IMG/VR virus record: IMGVR_UViG_2541047960_000005
Direction: 5' to 3' (one strand)
From: a virus
Lineage: Duplodnaviria > Heunggongvirae > Uroviricota > Caudoviricetes
DNA: 43,137 nucleotides
Positions 24,103 through 33,384 of the stretch are shown one piece after another. Positions within the stretch are counted from its first letter, which is position 1. Every line of letters begins with the position of its first letter. The notes below the pieces were generated by a model. The model saw nothing but the letters and a program-made list of their open reading frames with translations. It made no database searches and was not told the DNA's origin. A program made the position numbers and the translations under genes.

Positions 24103-25760
24103 TACCTGTATGGAGCACGGCCTGCCCGGACTGGGCAGAGCGCCTGAAAAAGGGGCTGTCGATTATTCCGGCTCCGATTTATCCGGACCAGGCCGCACAT
24201 GCCCTGGCGATTTTTAAACAACTGCGGATTGTGGATGCACCGGGTAGCCCGACGTTCGGGGAGTCCTGTGCACAGTGGGTGTTTGACCTGGTGGCGGCTC
24301 TGTTTGGCTCCTACGATGCGCAGACCGGTGTCCGCCATATCAAGGAAGTGTTCATTCTGATACCCAAAAAAAACAGCAAGTCCACACTGGCCGCCGGGAT
24401 CATGATGACGGCGCTGTTACTGAACTGGCGGCAGGCGGCGGGTTACACGATTCTGGCCCCGACTGTGGAGGTGGCAGCCAACGCCTTCAATCCTGCCAGG
24501 GATATGGTACGACGGGACGATGATCTGGATGACCTCTGTCAGGTGCAGACACATATCCGGACCATCACCCACCGGGTGACGGACACCACCCTGAAGGTGG
24601 TGGCAGCCGATCCGAATACGGTGTCCGGTATCAAGTCCGTGGGGACGCTGATTGATGAGTTGTGGCTGTTTGGCAAGCAGTACAAGGCGGAGGACATGTT
24701 ACGTGAAGCCATCGGCGGGCTTGCCTCCCGCCCGGAAGGGTTTGTGGTGTATACGACCACCCAGTCGAATGAACAGCCAGCCGGGGTGTTCAGACAGAAA
24801 CTGCAGTACGCCCGGGATGTGCGCGACGGCAAAATTAATGATCCGCACTTTCTGCCGGTGATATTTGAACACCCTCCTGAAATGGTGGAAAGCGGGGCTC
24901 ACCTGCTGATGGAAAACCTCGCCATGGTCAATCCGAATCTCGGCTATTCAGTGGATGAGGCCTTTCTGTACCGGGAGTACCGTAAAGCCCGGGAAGCCGG
25001 TGAAGAGACATTCCGGGGGTTCATGTCAAAACACGCCAATGTGGAAATTGGTCTTGCCCTGCGCTCTGACCGCTGGGCGGGGGCTGATTTCTGGGAAGAG
25101 CAGGGCCGTTGTATCAGCCTGGACGATATCCTGCGTCGTGCTGATGTGGTGACGGTGGGGATTGACGGCGGAGGGCTGGATGATCTGCTGGGGATGTATG
25201 TGATTGGGCGTGACCGGGAGACCCGCGAATGGCTGGGCTGGGGCCATGCCTGGGCGCATGAAACCGCGGTGGTCCGACGGAAGAGCGAGGCGTCCCGGTT
25301 TCAGGATCTTGTTGCCTGTGGAGATATGACCATTGTCCGGCGTGTCGGGGATGACACGGCGGAAGTGGCGGAATATGTGCGTCGCATTCATGAGGCTGAG
25401 TTACTGGACCATATCGGTATTGACCCGTCAGGGGTGGGGCAGATTCTGGATTCACTGGCGGAAGCCGGGATCCCCGACGGAATTGTGGTGGGGATAAGCC
25501 AGGGCTGGAAACTGGGCGGGGCCATTAAAACCACCGAGCGCAAACTGGCTGAAGGGGTGCTGGTGCATGGTGACCAGCCCCTGATGGCCTGGTGTGTCGG
25601 CAATGCCCGGGTGGAGCCTAAAGGTAACGCCATTCTTATCACCAAACAGGCCAGTGGACGGGGAAAAATTGACCCGCTGATGGCGCTGTTCAATGCGGTC
25701 TCCCTGATGTCCCTTAACCCGGAACCGAAAAAGAAAGAATATGCGGTTTTTTTCATATAA
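24099..25760 (+). CDS. terminase large subunit
   Basis: 553 aa; start overlaps the small-subunit stop; ATPase-like segment ILIPKKNSKSTLAA and C-terminal nuclease-like region (VVTVGIDGGG...). Confidence 0.85.
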   Translation: MIPVWSTACPDWAERLKKGLSIIPAPIYPDQAAHALAIFKQLRIVDAPGSPTFGESCAQWVFDLVAALFGSYDAQTGVRHIKEVFILIPKKNSKSTLAAGIMMTALLLNWRQAAGYTILAPTVEVAANAFNPARDMVRRDDDLDDLCQVQTHIRTITHRVTDTTLKVVAADPNTVSGIKSVGTLIDELWLFGKQYKAEDMLREAIGGLASRPEGFVVYTTTQSNEQPAGVFRQKLQYARDVRDGKINDPHFLPVIFEHPPEMVESGAHLLMENLAMVNPNLGYSVDEAFLYREYRKAREAGEETFRGFMSKHANVEIGLALRSDRWAGADFWEEQGRCISLDDILRRADVVTVGIDGGGLDDLLGMYVIGRDRETREWLGWGHAWAHETAVVRRKSEASRFQDLVACGDMTIVRRVGDDTAEVAEYVRRIHEAELLDHIGIDPSGVGQILDSLAEAGIPDGIVVGISQGWKLGGAIKTTERKLAEGVLVHGDQPLMAWCVGNARVEPKGNAILITKQASGRGKIDPLMALFNAVSLMSLNPEPKKKEYAVFFI

Positions 25761-25785
25761 CCCTGTTCACACTGTAACCATCACG

Positions 25786-25807
25786 AACCGCTCCGGCGGT
25801 TTTTTTA
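25786..25807 (+). terminator. hairpin plus U-run between terminase and capsid genes
   Basis: AACCGC-TCCG-GCGGTT followed by T8, then AGGAGG SD. Confidence 0.45.
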
Positions 25808-25823
25808 TTTTCAGGAGGCTGAT

Positions 25824-27761
25824 GTGACTCTTAAACGGGCCTGTTCCCTGCTGACGGTGAAATCCTTCAGTGAGGATGAACGGGTGATCACCGGGATTGC
25901 GTCAACGCCTTCTCCGGATCGGGATGGTGACATCCTGGAGCCGGAGGGGGCGGAGTTTGGCAGTACGATCCCGTTTCTCTGGCAGCATGACCATTCCCGC
26001 CCTGTAGGCCAGTGTACGGTGCGCCGGGTCAGCGAAGGGCTGGAAATCACGGCAACACTGGTGAAGCCCGTACCGGATATGCCGTCGCAACTGGCTGCCC
26101 GGCTGGATGAGGTCTGGGCGGCCATTAAGACCGGGCTGGTCAGGGGGCTGTCCGTGGGCTTCCGTCCCCATGAATACACCTTTCTGGACGGAGGCGGACT
26201 GCATTTTCTGCGCTGGGAACTGATGGAGGTGTCTGCCGTCACCGTGCCCGCGAATGCGGAATGCACCATCCGGACCATTAAATCTTACGACCGCCCGTTT
26301 TCTGCCGCGTCCGGCAACCGGAAACCGGTGGTGAAAATCGCATCTTCTGCCGGCGCTGCGGCACAGTCAACAACCGTTTTTCATAAGGAAAAGACCATAA
26401 TGAATATTGGCGAACAGATTAAAAGTTTTGAAAACAAGCGTGCGGCGCTGGCAGCCTCCCTTGAGGAGGTCATGACCAAAGCCGCAGAGGAAGGCCGCAC
26501 ACTGGATGTGGAAGAGGAAGAGCACTACGACAACACCGCAGCGGAAATCCGTCAGGTGGATGCGCACCTGAAGCGTCTGCGTGAACTGGAAACCAGTAAG
26601 GCCGCCACGGCACAGCCGGTGAAACAGGCCGGTAACGGGAATGTGGCCACGGTGGCTTCAGCGCCGGTGATCCGTGTTGAGCAGAAACTGGAGAAGGGGA
26701 TTGGTTTCGCCCGCTTTGCCAAATCACTGGCCGCGGCTAAAGGTGTCCGCTCTGAAGCCCTGGAAGTGGCCCGTCGTCAGTATCCGGATGACAGCCGTCT
26801 GCATCATGTCCTGAAGTCGGCGGTGGGGGCAGGGACCACCACGGACCCACAGTGGGCAGGCAGCCTGTCTGAATATCAGGAATATGCGCAGGACTTTATT
26901 GATTATCTGCGTCCGCAGACCATTATCGGGCGATTTGGTCATGGCGGGATCCCGGCACTTCGTCAGGTGCCGTTCAATATTCGCGTGCATGCCCAGGTGT
27001 CCGGTGGTGCTGCCGGCTGGGTGGGGCAGGGTAAGGCCAGACCCCTGACGAAGTTTGATTTTGAATCCATCACCTTCAGTCATGCGAAGGTGGCGGCTAT
27101 TGCGGTACTGACGGAAGAGCTGATCCGTTTTTCCAGTCCTGCCGCCGATGCGCTGGTCCGTAATGCACTGGCGGAAGCGGTGGTGGCGCGTCTGGACACA
27201 GACTTTGTGGACCCGAAAAAAGCGGCGGTGGCCGATGTTTCCCCTGCGTCCATCACCCATGATGTGAAGGGCACGGCATCAACCGGTAACCCGGATACGG
27301 ATGCGGAAGCCGCGTTTGGTCAGTTTGTGGCAGCAAACCTGCAGCCCACCGGTGCGGTCTGGCTGATGTCCAGCACAAATGCCCTGGCGCTGTCCATGCG
27401 TAAAAATGCGCTGGGTCAGAAGGAATATCCGGACATGACCCTGCTTGGCGGCACCTTCCAGGGCCTGCCGGTGATTGTCTCCCAGTACGTGGGTGACCAG
27501 CTGGTGCTGGTGAATGCGCCGGATATTTATCTGGCTGATGACGGCGGTGTGGCGGTGGATATGTCCCGTGAAGCGTCACTGGAGATGCAGTCTGAACCGA
27601 CCAGCGACAGCAGCACACCGTCACCGGTGGAGCTGGTCTCCATGTTCCAGACCGGCAGCGTGGCCATCCGTGCGGAGCGCTGGATCAACTGGCGTCGTCG
27701 CCGTACCGCGGCAGTGGCGGTGATCACCGGTGTGAACTACGGAACTGCGTCCGGCGGCTGA
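25824..27761 (+). CDS. prohead protease - scaffold-like linker - HK97-family major capsid protein fusion
   Basis: N-terminal protease motifs (IPFLWQHDHSRPVG, GLSVGF, EVSAVTVPAN), central coiled coil, C-terminal HK97-like capsid region; GTG start after AGGAGG. Confidence 0.8.
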   Translation: MTLKRACSLLTVKSFSEDERVITGIASTPSPDRDGDILEPEGAEFGSTIPFLWQHDHSRPVGQCTVRRVSEGLEITATLVKPVPDMPSQLAARLDEVWAAIKTGLVRGLSVGFRPHEYTFLDGGGLHFLRWELMEVSAVTVPANAECTIRTIKSYDRPFSAASGNRKPVVKIASSAGAAAQSTTVFHKEKTIMNIGEQIKSFENKRAALAASLEEVMTKAAEEGRTLDVEEEEHYDNTAAEIRQVDAHLKRLRELETSKAATAQPVKQAGNGNVATVASAPVIRVEQKLEKGIGFARFAKSLAAAKGVRSEALEVARRQYPDDSRLHHVLKSAVGAGTTTDPQWAGSLSEYQEYAQDFIDYLRPQTIIGRFGHGGIPALRQVPFNIRVHAQVSGGAAGWVGQGKARPLTKFDFESITFSHAKVAAIAVLTEELIRFSSPAADALVRNALAEAVVARLDTDFVDPKKAAVADVSPASITHDVKGTASTGNPDTDAEAAFGQFVAANLQPTGAVWLMSSTNALALSMRKNALGQKEYPDMTLLGGTFQGLPVIVSQYVGDQLVLVNAPDIYLADDGGVAVDMSREASLEMQSEPTSDSSTPSPVELVSMFQTGSVAIRAERWINWRRRRTAAVAVITGVNYGTASGG

Positions 27762-27972
27762 GTCTGATGAGGAGGGCGGGAGGCGCGAGCTTCCCGCAGT
27801 AACTGATGGCAAAAATCCAGTATCTGCAGGGCACGCATGATGCCCGGGCCGGGGATATCCGTGATGTGGCACAGCCGTGTGCGGAGGTGCTGGTTCGCCT
27901 GGGGAAGGCGGAGTACATCACAGTGCGACGTCCGGCAGGTCAGAAAAAGAAACGTGATGCGGAGCATGGCGA

Positions 27973-29337
27973 ATGTGGAACCTTTTGTGGCGAACCCGAA
28001 AAAACCAGAAATCAGGACGTGATGTAAAAGAGGTGGGCTGGACCAGCCTGTTTCAGGCGGTGGCTGAGCCTTTTGCCGGTGCCTGGCAGCAGGGTGTGAA
28101 AGCCGATCCGGAAACCGTTTTGTCCTTTCACGCGGTGTTTTCTTGCATTTCGCTGATATCCCAGGATATCGCCAAAATGCGGCTGCGCCTGATGCAGACC
28201 GATACACAGGGGATCCGCCGTGAAAAACGGCAGGGGGATATTGCCCGTCTCTGTCGTCGTCCCAATGCACAGCAGAATCGTATCCAGTTTTTTGAACTGT
28301 GGCTGAACGCCAAACTGCGTCACGGCAATACGGTGGTGCTGAAAATCCGTAACTCCCGGGGGCAGATCAAAGAACTGCGTATTCTGGACTGGAGCCGGGT
28401 TGAACCTCTGGTGGCGGATGACGGCGAGGTGTTCTATCGCATTACACCGGACCGGAACTGCGGGATCACTGAGGCGGTGACGGTGCCTGCCAGGGAAGTG
28501 ATCCACGACCGGTTTAACTGTTTTTTTCATCCGCTTGTGGGGCTGCCGCCGGTGTATGCTGCCGGGCTGGCGGCCACGCAGGGGCATCATATTCAGGCAA
28601 ATTCAACGTCTTTTTTCAGAAATGGCGGCAGGCCGTCCGGGGTGATTGAGATCCCCGGCAGTATTACGGAAGAAAATGCGAAAAAACTGAAGAGCAACTG
28701 GGACAGCGGGTATACAGGCGAAAATGCGGGGAAAACGGCCATTCTGAGCAACGGGGCAAAATACAACCCCACGACGTTTTCACCGGTGGATGCGCAGACG
28801 GTGGAACAACTGAAGATGACTGCTGAAATTGTCTGTTCGGTGTTCCGTGTCCCGGCCTACAAGATTGGCGTGGGACAACCGCCTTCCAGTGACAACGTGG
28901 AGGCGCTGGAGCAGCAGTATTATTCCCAGTGCCTGCAGACGCTGATTGAGTCCATTGAACTGTTACTGGATGAGGCGCTGGAAACGGGGGAAAACGAGAG
29001 TACAGAATTTGATGTCACCACGCTGCTGAGAATGGACAGTGAGCGGCGCATGAAAACGCTGGGGGATGCGGTGAAAAATACGCTTCTCACGCCCAATGAG
29101 GCCCGTAAACGGGAGAACCTGCCGCCTCTGGCCGGCGGTGATGCACTGTATCTTCAGCAGCAGAACTACAGTCTGGAGGCGCTGTCCCGTCGTGATGCCC
29201 GTGAGGATCCGTTCGCGTCGACCGGGAAAACAGTTTCATCACAACTGCCTGACGGCGCATCTGACGGTAATAAGGCCATAAGCGAAACAGAGCGTGATGC
29301 GGTGAAGGCGATGTTCAGGGGGATACTGCGAAAATGA
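27973..29337 (+). CDS. portal protein (HK97-like)
   Basis: 454 aa; GGAG 8 nt upstream of ATG 27973; size and position consistent with portal; three frames are open around the start, so the start is uncertain. Confidence 0.7.
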   Translation: MWNLLWRTRKNQKSGRDVKEVGWTSLFQAVAEPFAGAWQQGVKADPETVLSFHAVFSCISLISQDIAKMRLRLMQTDTQGIRREKRQGDIARLCRRPNAQQNRIQFFELWLNAKLRHGNTVVLKIRNSRGQIKELRILDWSRVEPLVADDGEVFYRITPDRNCGITEAVTVPAREVIHDRFNCFFHPLVGLPPVYAAGLAATQGHHIQANSTSFFRNGGRPSGVIEIPGSITEENAKKLKSNWDSGYTGENAGKTAILSNGAKYNPTTFSPVDAQTVEQLKMTAEIVCSVFRVPAYKIGVGQPPSSDNVEALEQQYYSQCLQTLIESIELLLDEALETGENESTEFDVTTLLRMDSERRMKTLGDAVKNTLLTPNEARKRENLPPLAGGDALYLQQQNYSLEALSRRDAREDPFASTGKTVSSQLPDGASDGNKAISETERDAVKAMFRGILRK

Positions 29338-30395
29338 CAGAGCGTGAACTGTCCATTATCCGTGCGCTGGGTGAAGAATTCGCCACGGTGCTGGCGGATT
29401 TACAGCGCACATTTGAGGAGAAGATGGCCGCACAGTCGGGGGCGTTTGAAGAGAAACTGGCTTCCCTGTCTGCTCTGTTACAGAAGCATGTGACGGTGGA
29501 TGAGGTGCGCCCTGTTCTGCAGGCGATGATGAATGACGCCGTGGGGGCCATTCCGGTACCGCGCGATGGTCGTGATTATGATCCGGAGGTGCTGCAGCAG
29601 GCGGTGAATGATGCGGTCGCGAAAATACCGGTACCGGCGGACGGTAAAAGTGTCACTGCGGATGATGTACGCCCGATGATCGAGCAGATGGTGAAGGACG
29701 CAGTGAGTCATATCCCTGCTCCGCGCGATGGTCGTGATTATGATCCGGAGGTGCTGCTGAGGGCGGTGAATGACGCTGTCGGAAAACTTCCGGTACCGGC
29801 AGATGGAAAAAGTATCACACCGGATGATGTGCGTCCGATGCTCGAGCAGATGGTGACGGATGCCGTGAGTCATATCCCCGTTCCGCGCGACGGTCGTGAC
29901 TACGATCCGGAAGTTCTGCAGAAGGCGGTTCTGGATGCGGTGAGTGCCCTGCCGGCTCCACAGGACGGGCGTGATGCCACGGCACTGGAAATATTCCCGG
30001 CGATTGATGAGCAAAAATCCTTTCCCCGGGGCACGTATGCCACACACCAGGGCGGACTCTGGCGGGCGTATGAAAAAACGCACGGGATGCGGGGATGGGA
30101 ATGCCTGGTTGACGGGGTGGCCGATATTGACGTCAGCATGACCGGCGAACGGTCGTTCACTGTGGTGGTCCGGCAGAGCAGTGGCCAGTGTACGGAAAAA
30201 ACATTTTCCCTGCCGGTGATGCTCTATCGCGGTGTATTCAGAACCGGCGAAACCTACCACCCCGGCGATACGGTGACGTGGGGGGGCTCGTTGTGGCACT
30301 GCAACAGCATGACCGGTGATAAACCCGGAGAAGCTCATTCATCAGGCTGGACCCTGGCTGCAAAACGAGGGCGGGATGCAGGAGGTGGAAAGTGA
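29334..30395 (+). CDS. head-module protein with about 2.7 tandem 58-aa repeats (decoration-like, tentative)
   Basis: Repeat unit IPxPRDGRDYDPEVLxxAVNDAVxKxPVPADGKSxTxDDVRPMxEQMVxDAVSH, encoded by 174-bp DNA repeats (about 29550-30010). Confidence 0.6.
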   Translation: MTERELSIIRALGEEFATVLADLQRTFEEKMAAQSGAFEEKLASLSALLQKHVTVDEVRPVLQAMMNDAVGAIPVPRDGRDYDPEVLQQAVNDAVAKIPVPADGKSVTADDVRPMIEQMVKDAVSHIPAPRDGRDYDPEVLLRAVNDAVGKLPVPADGKSITPDDVRPMLEQMVTDAVSHIPVPRDGRDYDPEVLQKAVLDAVSALPAPQDGRDATALEIFPAIDEQKSFPRGTYATHQGGLWRAYEKTHGMRGWECLVDGVADIDVSMTGERSFTVVVRQSSGQCTEKTFSLPVMLYRGVFRTGETYHPGDTVTWGGSLWHCNSMTGDKPGEAHSSGWTLAAKRGRDAGGGK

Positions 30396-30718
30396 CAGCA
30401 TTACTGACACTGGAAGAAATCAAGGCTCATCTGCGTGTTGACCATGACGCGGATGATGACATGCTGATGGACAAGGTTCGTCAGGCTACAGCTGTGCTGC
30501 TGGCCTACATTCAGGGCAGCCGGGATAAGGTAATCCGTGAGGACGGTGAACTGATCCCGGGCGAGGCATTAACCCGGATGAAGGGGGCTGCCATGCGCCT
30601 GACCGGGATGTTGTACCGGAATCCGGATCTTGCTGAGCGGGAAGACCTCGTGCAGGGGGAACTGCCGTTTTCTGTGTCCGTGCTGATTTACGATTTGCGT
30701 TGTCCGACGGTGTTATGA
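30392..30718 (+). CDS. head-tail connector (gp6-like)
   Basis: MTALLTLEEIKAHLRVDHDADDDMLMDKVRQATAVLLAYI is a typical gp6-like N-terminus; overlapping start. Confidence 0.65.
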   Translation: MTALLTLEEIKAHLRVDHDADDDMLMDKVRQATAVLLAYIQGSRDKVIREDGELIPGEALTRMKGAAMRLTGMLYRNPDLAEREDLVQGELPFSVSVLIYDLRCPTVL

Positions 30719-31080
30719 GGAGGGGGGGGATGGCAATATCTGCAGGTCGTCTGACACAGATGATAAGTGTTCTGAACCCGGTGTTAACCCGTAATGCCGC
30801 CGGAGAAATGACGGAAGAGTGGGTGTCATGCGGGAAAATTCATGCGGATATCCGGGGCAGGAGCAGCCGGGAGCGGATGCAGTCCGGTGCGGAAATGGCG
30901 CAGGCGGAAATCCGCATCTGGGTGCGCGGTCCGTCAGGACGGAAAATCACGGCGGCGTCACGACTGCATGTGCTGAGCGGCCCGTGGCGTGACCGAATTC
31001 TGAATGTTGTCGGGGGGCCGGTGCCGGATGCGACCGGCGGGCGTCTGGAAATTCTCTGTCGGCTGGGAGGGGAAAAATGA
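30700..31080 (+). CDS. head closure / head-tail adaptor protein
   Basis: Position and size in an HK97-like morphogenesis cluster. Confidence 0.55.
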   Translation: MSDGVMRRGGMAISAGRLTQMISVLNPVLTRNAAGEMTEEWVSCGKIHADIRGRSSRERMQSGAEMAQAEIRIWVRGPSGRKITAASRLHVLSGPWRDRILNVVGGPVPDATGGRLEILCRLGGEK

Positions 31081-31523
31081 TCGAAACCCTGCTGGATTTT
31101 TCGGGGCTTGAGGATATCAGTCGCGATTTGCAGCTTCTGAGTGGTGCGGAAAACAACCGGGTGTTGCGTGAGGCAACCCGTGCGGGGGCGAATGTACTGA
31201 AGAACGAAGTGGTGTCACGGGCACCGGTGCGCAGGGGAAAACTGCGCCGCAATGTGGTGGTTCTTTCCCGGCGTTCCCGCGATGGCGGGATGGAATCCGG
31301 TGTGCATATCCGTGGTGTTAATCCGGACACCGGCAACAGTGATAACACCATGAAGGCGGATAATCCCCGCAATGCCTTCTACTGGCGGTTTGTGGAAATG
31401 GGTACCGTGAATATGCCACCACACCCGTTTGTGCGCCCGGCGTTTGATGTGCGCAGTGAACAGGCAGCCCGGGTGGCGATTGCGCGGATGAACCGGGCAA
31501 TTGATGAGGTACTGAGACGATGA
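31077..31523 (+). CDS. HK97 gp10-like tail-attachment protein
   Basis: MIETLLDFSGLEDISRDLQLLSGAENNRVLREATRAGANVLKNEVVSRAPVRRGKLRRN matches the gp10-family N-terminus. Confidence 0.65.
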   Translation: MIETLLDFSGLEDISRDLQLLSGAENNRVLREATRAGANVLKNEVVSRAPVRRGKLRRNVVVLSRRSRDGGMESGVHIRGVNPDTGNSDNTMKADNPRNAFYWRFVEMGTVNMPPHPFVRPAFDVRSEQAARVAIARMNRAIDEVLRR

Positions 31524-31864
31524 CGGAGACGGATTTGTACCCACATCTGGCGCATCTTGCGGGAGGGCAGGCGTATCCGTATGTGGTTCCCCTGCAGGAT
31601 GGCAGACCCTCTGTATCGTTACCGTGGGTGGTTTTCAGCCTGATTTCATCGGTGTCTGCGGACGTGATGGGCGGACAGGCAGAGTCATCGGTGTCGGTGC
31701 AGATTGACGTTTATGCGGTGACGGTCACACAGGCGCGTCAGATACGTCAGCAGGCCCGTGAGTCCATCATGTCGCTGGCCCCGGAATCGGTCAGTGAAAT
31801 GCAGGACTATATTCCGGAAAACCGCTGTTACCGTGCAACCCTGGAGTTTCAGGTCACGGTGTGA
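31520..31864 (+). CDS. tail completion / terminator protein
   Basis: Position immediately upstream of the major tail protein. Confidence 0.5.
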   Translation: MTETDLYPHLAHLAGGQAYPYVVPLQDGRPSVSLPWVVFSLISSVSADVMGGQAESSVSVQIDVYAVTVTQARQIRQQARESIMSLAPESVSEMQDYIPENRCYRATLEFQVTV

Positions 31865-31893
31865 CTTTTTCTTTTTTTCTACAAAACCCATAC

Positions 31894-31914
31894 CCCGCCG
31901 CGTGCGGGTTTTTT
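31894..31914 (+). terminator. hairpin plus U-run upstream of the major tail gene
   Basis: CCCGC-CGCGT-GCGGG followed by T6, then AGGAGG SD. Confidence 0.4.
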
Positions 31915-31930
31915 ATTATCAGGAGGCAGA

Positions 31931-32644
31931 ATGTCTGCTTTGTATGAACGCTCACAGCTGACGCAGGTGATGATTTCATCTGCCCCGGCGACTGCTGAAA
32001 CTATGGATAAGGCGGAATATCTGCGCCTGGACTGCACCATCAAGGAAGTCCAGTTCACCGCCGGTCAGAAACAGGATATTGATGTGACCACGCTCTGCTC
32101 CACAGAGCAGGAGAACATCAACGGTCTGGGGGCGTCGTCTGAGATTTCCATGTCGGGTAATTTTTATCTGAATCAGGCCCAGAACGCCCTGCGTGATGCC
32201 TATGACAATGACTCGTTGTATGCGTTTAAGGTGCAGTTTCCGTCCGGTAAGGGCTTTAAGTTCCTGGCGGAAGTGCGTCAGCACACCTGGTCATCCGGTA
32301 CCAACGGCGTGGTGGCAGCAACGTTTTCACTGCGTCTGAAAGGCAAACCGGTGTCCTATGTGGTACCGCTGGCGTTTGTTAAAAAGCCGGAGGCGAAGCT
32401 TACCGTGAATACCGGTGCGCTGCTGACAATGTCAGTCAGTGTCAACGGGGGAACGCCGCCTTATAAATACGCCTGGAAGAAGGATGGTCAGCCGGTCGAG
32501 GGACAGACTACTGACACTTTCAGTAAAGCCAATACGCAGTCAGGTGATAAGGGGGCTTATACCTGCATGGTAACGGATTCTGCAGAACAGCCGCAGAGAA
32601 TTACCTCTGACGCGTGCACGGTAACGGTAAATGGCGCAGGTTGA
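31931..32644 (+). CDS. major tail protein with C-terminal Ig-like domain
   Basis: 237 aa; C-terminal ~80 aa (LTVNTGALLTMSVSVNGGTPPYKYAWKKDG...YTCMVTD...CTVTV) is Ig-like, as in lambda V. Confidence 0.75.
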   Translation: MSALYERSQLTQVMISSAPATAETMDKAEYLRLDCTIKEVQFTAGQKQDIDVTTLCSTEQENINGLGASSEISMSGNFYLNQAQNALRDAYDNDSLYAFKVQFPSGKGFKFLAEVRQHTWSSGTNGVVAATFSLRLKGKPVSYVVPLAFVKKPEAKLTVNTGALLTMSVSVNGGTPPYKYAWKKDGQPVEGQTTDTFSKANTQSGDKGAYTCMVTDSAEQPQRITSDACTVTVNGAG

Positions 32645-33032
32645 TAAGGATAATCCGATGGCAAAAGATCTGAAAACACTGGCGCTGGCCAGACTGTCCG
32701 GATTTCGTCATAAAACGGTGAAGGTGCCGGAATGGGGGAATGTCAGCGTGGTGCTGCGCGAGCCTTCGGCAGAGGCCTGGTATCTTTGGCGGGAAGTTCT
32801 TAATGGCGATGATGCGGGTGACGATACCCTGTCGGTGGTGGCAAAAACCCGCCGTAACCTGGAGGCGGATGTGACGTTGTTCTGTGATGTTCTGTGTGAT
32901 AAGGACATGAAACGTGTGTTCACCGCAGATGATCGCGAGCAGGTGCTGGCTGTCTATGGTCCGGTGCATGCCCGGTTGCTGCGTCAGGCACTGGAACTGA
33001 TCACCGATGCTGAGTCGGCAAGAAAAAAGTAG
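32631..33032 (+). CDS. G: tail assembly chaperone (G-like)
   Basis: Upstream of the tape measure; ends with slippery A-AAA-AAG; probable true start ATG 32658 with AAGGA SD. Confidence 0.65.
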   Translation: MAQVDKDNPMAKDLKTLALARLSGFRHKTVKVPEWGNVSVVLREPSAEAWYLWREVLNGDDAGDDTLSVVAKTRRNLEADVTLFCDVLCDKDMKRVFTADDREQVLAVYGPVHARLLRQALELITDAESARKK

Positions 33033-33337
33033 CCCGCCCGGAAATTCGCTTTCTGATGCGACTTGCGCTCCGTCTGGGGCGCACCTTATCCGAACTGCGC
33101 CACAGTCTGAGTGCGAGCGAGGCGATGATGTGGATGGAGTTCGACAGGGTGTCCCCGCTGGGCGATGAGCGCGGGGATATCCGTAATGCGCAGATCGTGA
33201 AAGCGGTTTTCGGGGCGCAGGGGATGAATGTTTCACTGAAGGACGCCATGCTCTGCTGGGGCGAGGATGAGGACAAGCCGGAAGCGGATCCTTTTGCGGG
33301 ACTGGAAGACGCGCTGAGCCTTGCTGCACAGTCATAA
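33023..33337 (+). CDS. T: -1 frameshift extension giving the GT-like chaperone fusion
   Basis: Slippery heptamer A AAA AAG (33023-33029) at the end of G; the -1 frame is open to 33337 and is the frame of the 33056 ORF. Confidence 0.6.
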   Translation, partial: KKVARPEIRFLMRLALRLGRTLSELRHSLSASEAMMWMEFDRVSPLGDERGDIRNAQIVKAVFGAQGMNVSLKDAMLCWGEDEDKPEADPFAGLEDALSLAAQS

Positions 33338-33345
33338 ATGATGAG

Positions 33346-33368
33346 AACCGCTGAGGCGGTTTTTTTTC
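33346..33368 (+). terminator. hairpin plus U-run upstream of the tape measure gene
   Basis: AACCGC-TGAG-GCGGTT followed by T9. Confidence 0.4.
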
Positions 33369-33384
33369 GTCCGGAGAAAGGTGA

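Noticed and set aside
27806-28027. 73-aa ORF overlapping the portal start
   Set aside because: All three frames are open here; no strong SD and it overlaps the better-supported portal start, so it is not annotated.
29540-30010. CRISPR array
   Set aside because: The only long direct repeats in the window are 174-bp in-frame coding repeats without unique spacers; no CRISPR-like repeat-spacer structure or cas genes.
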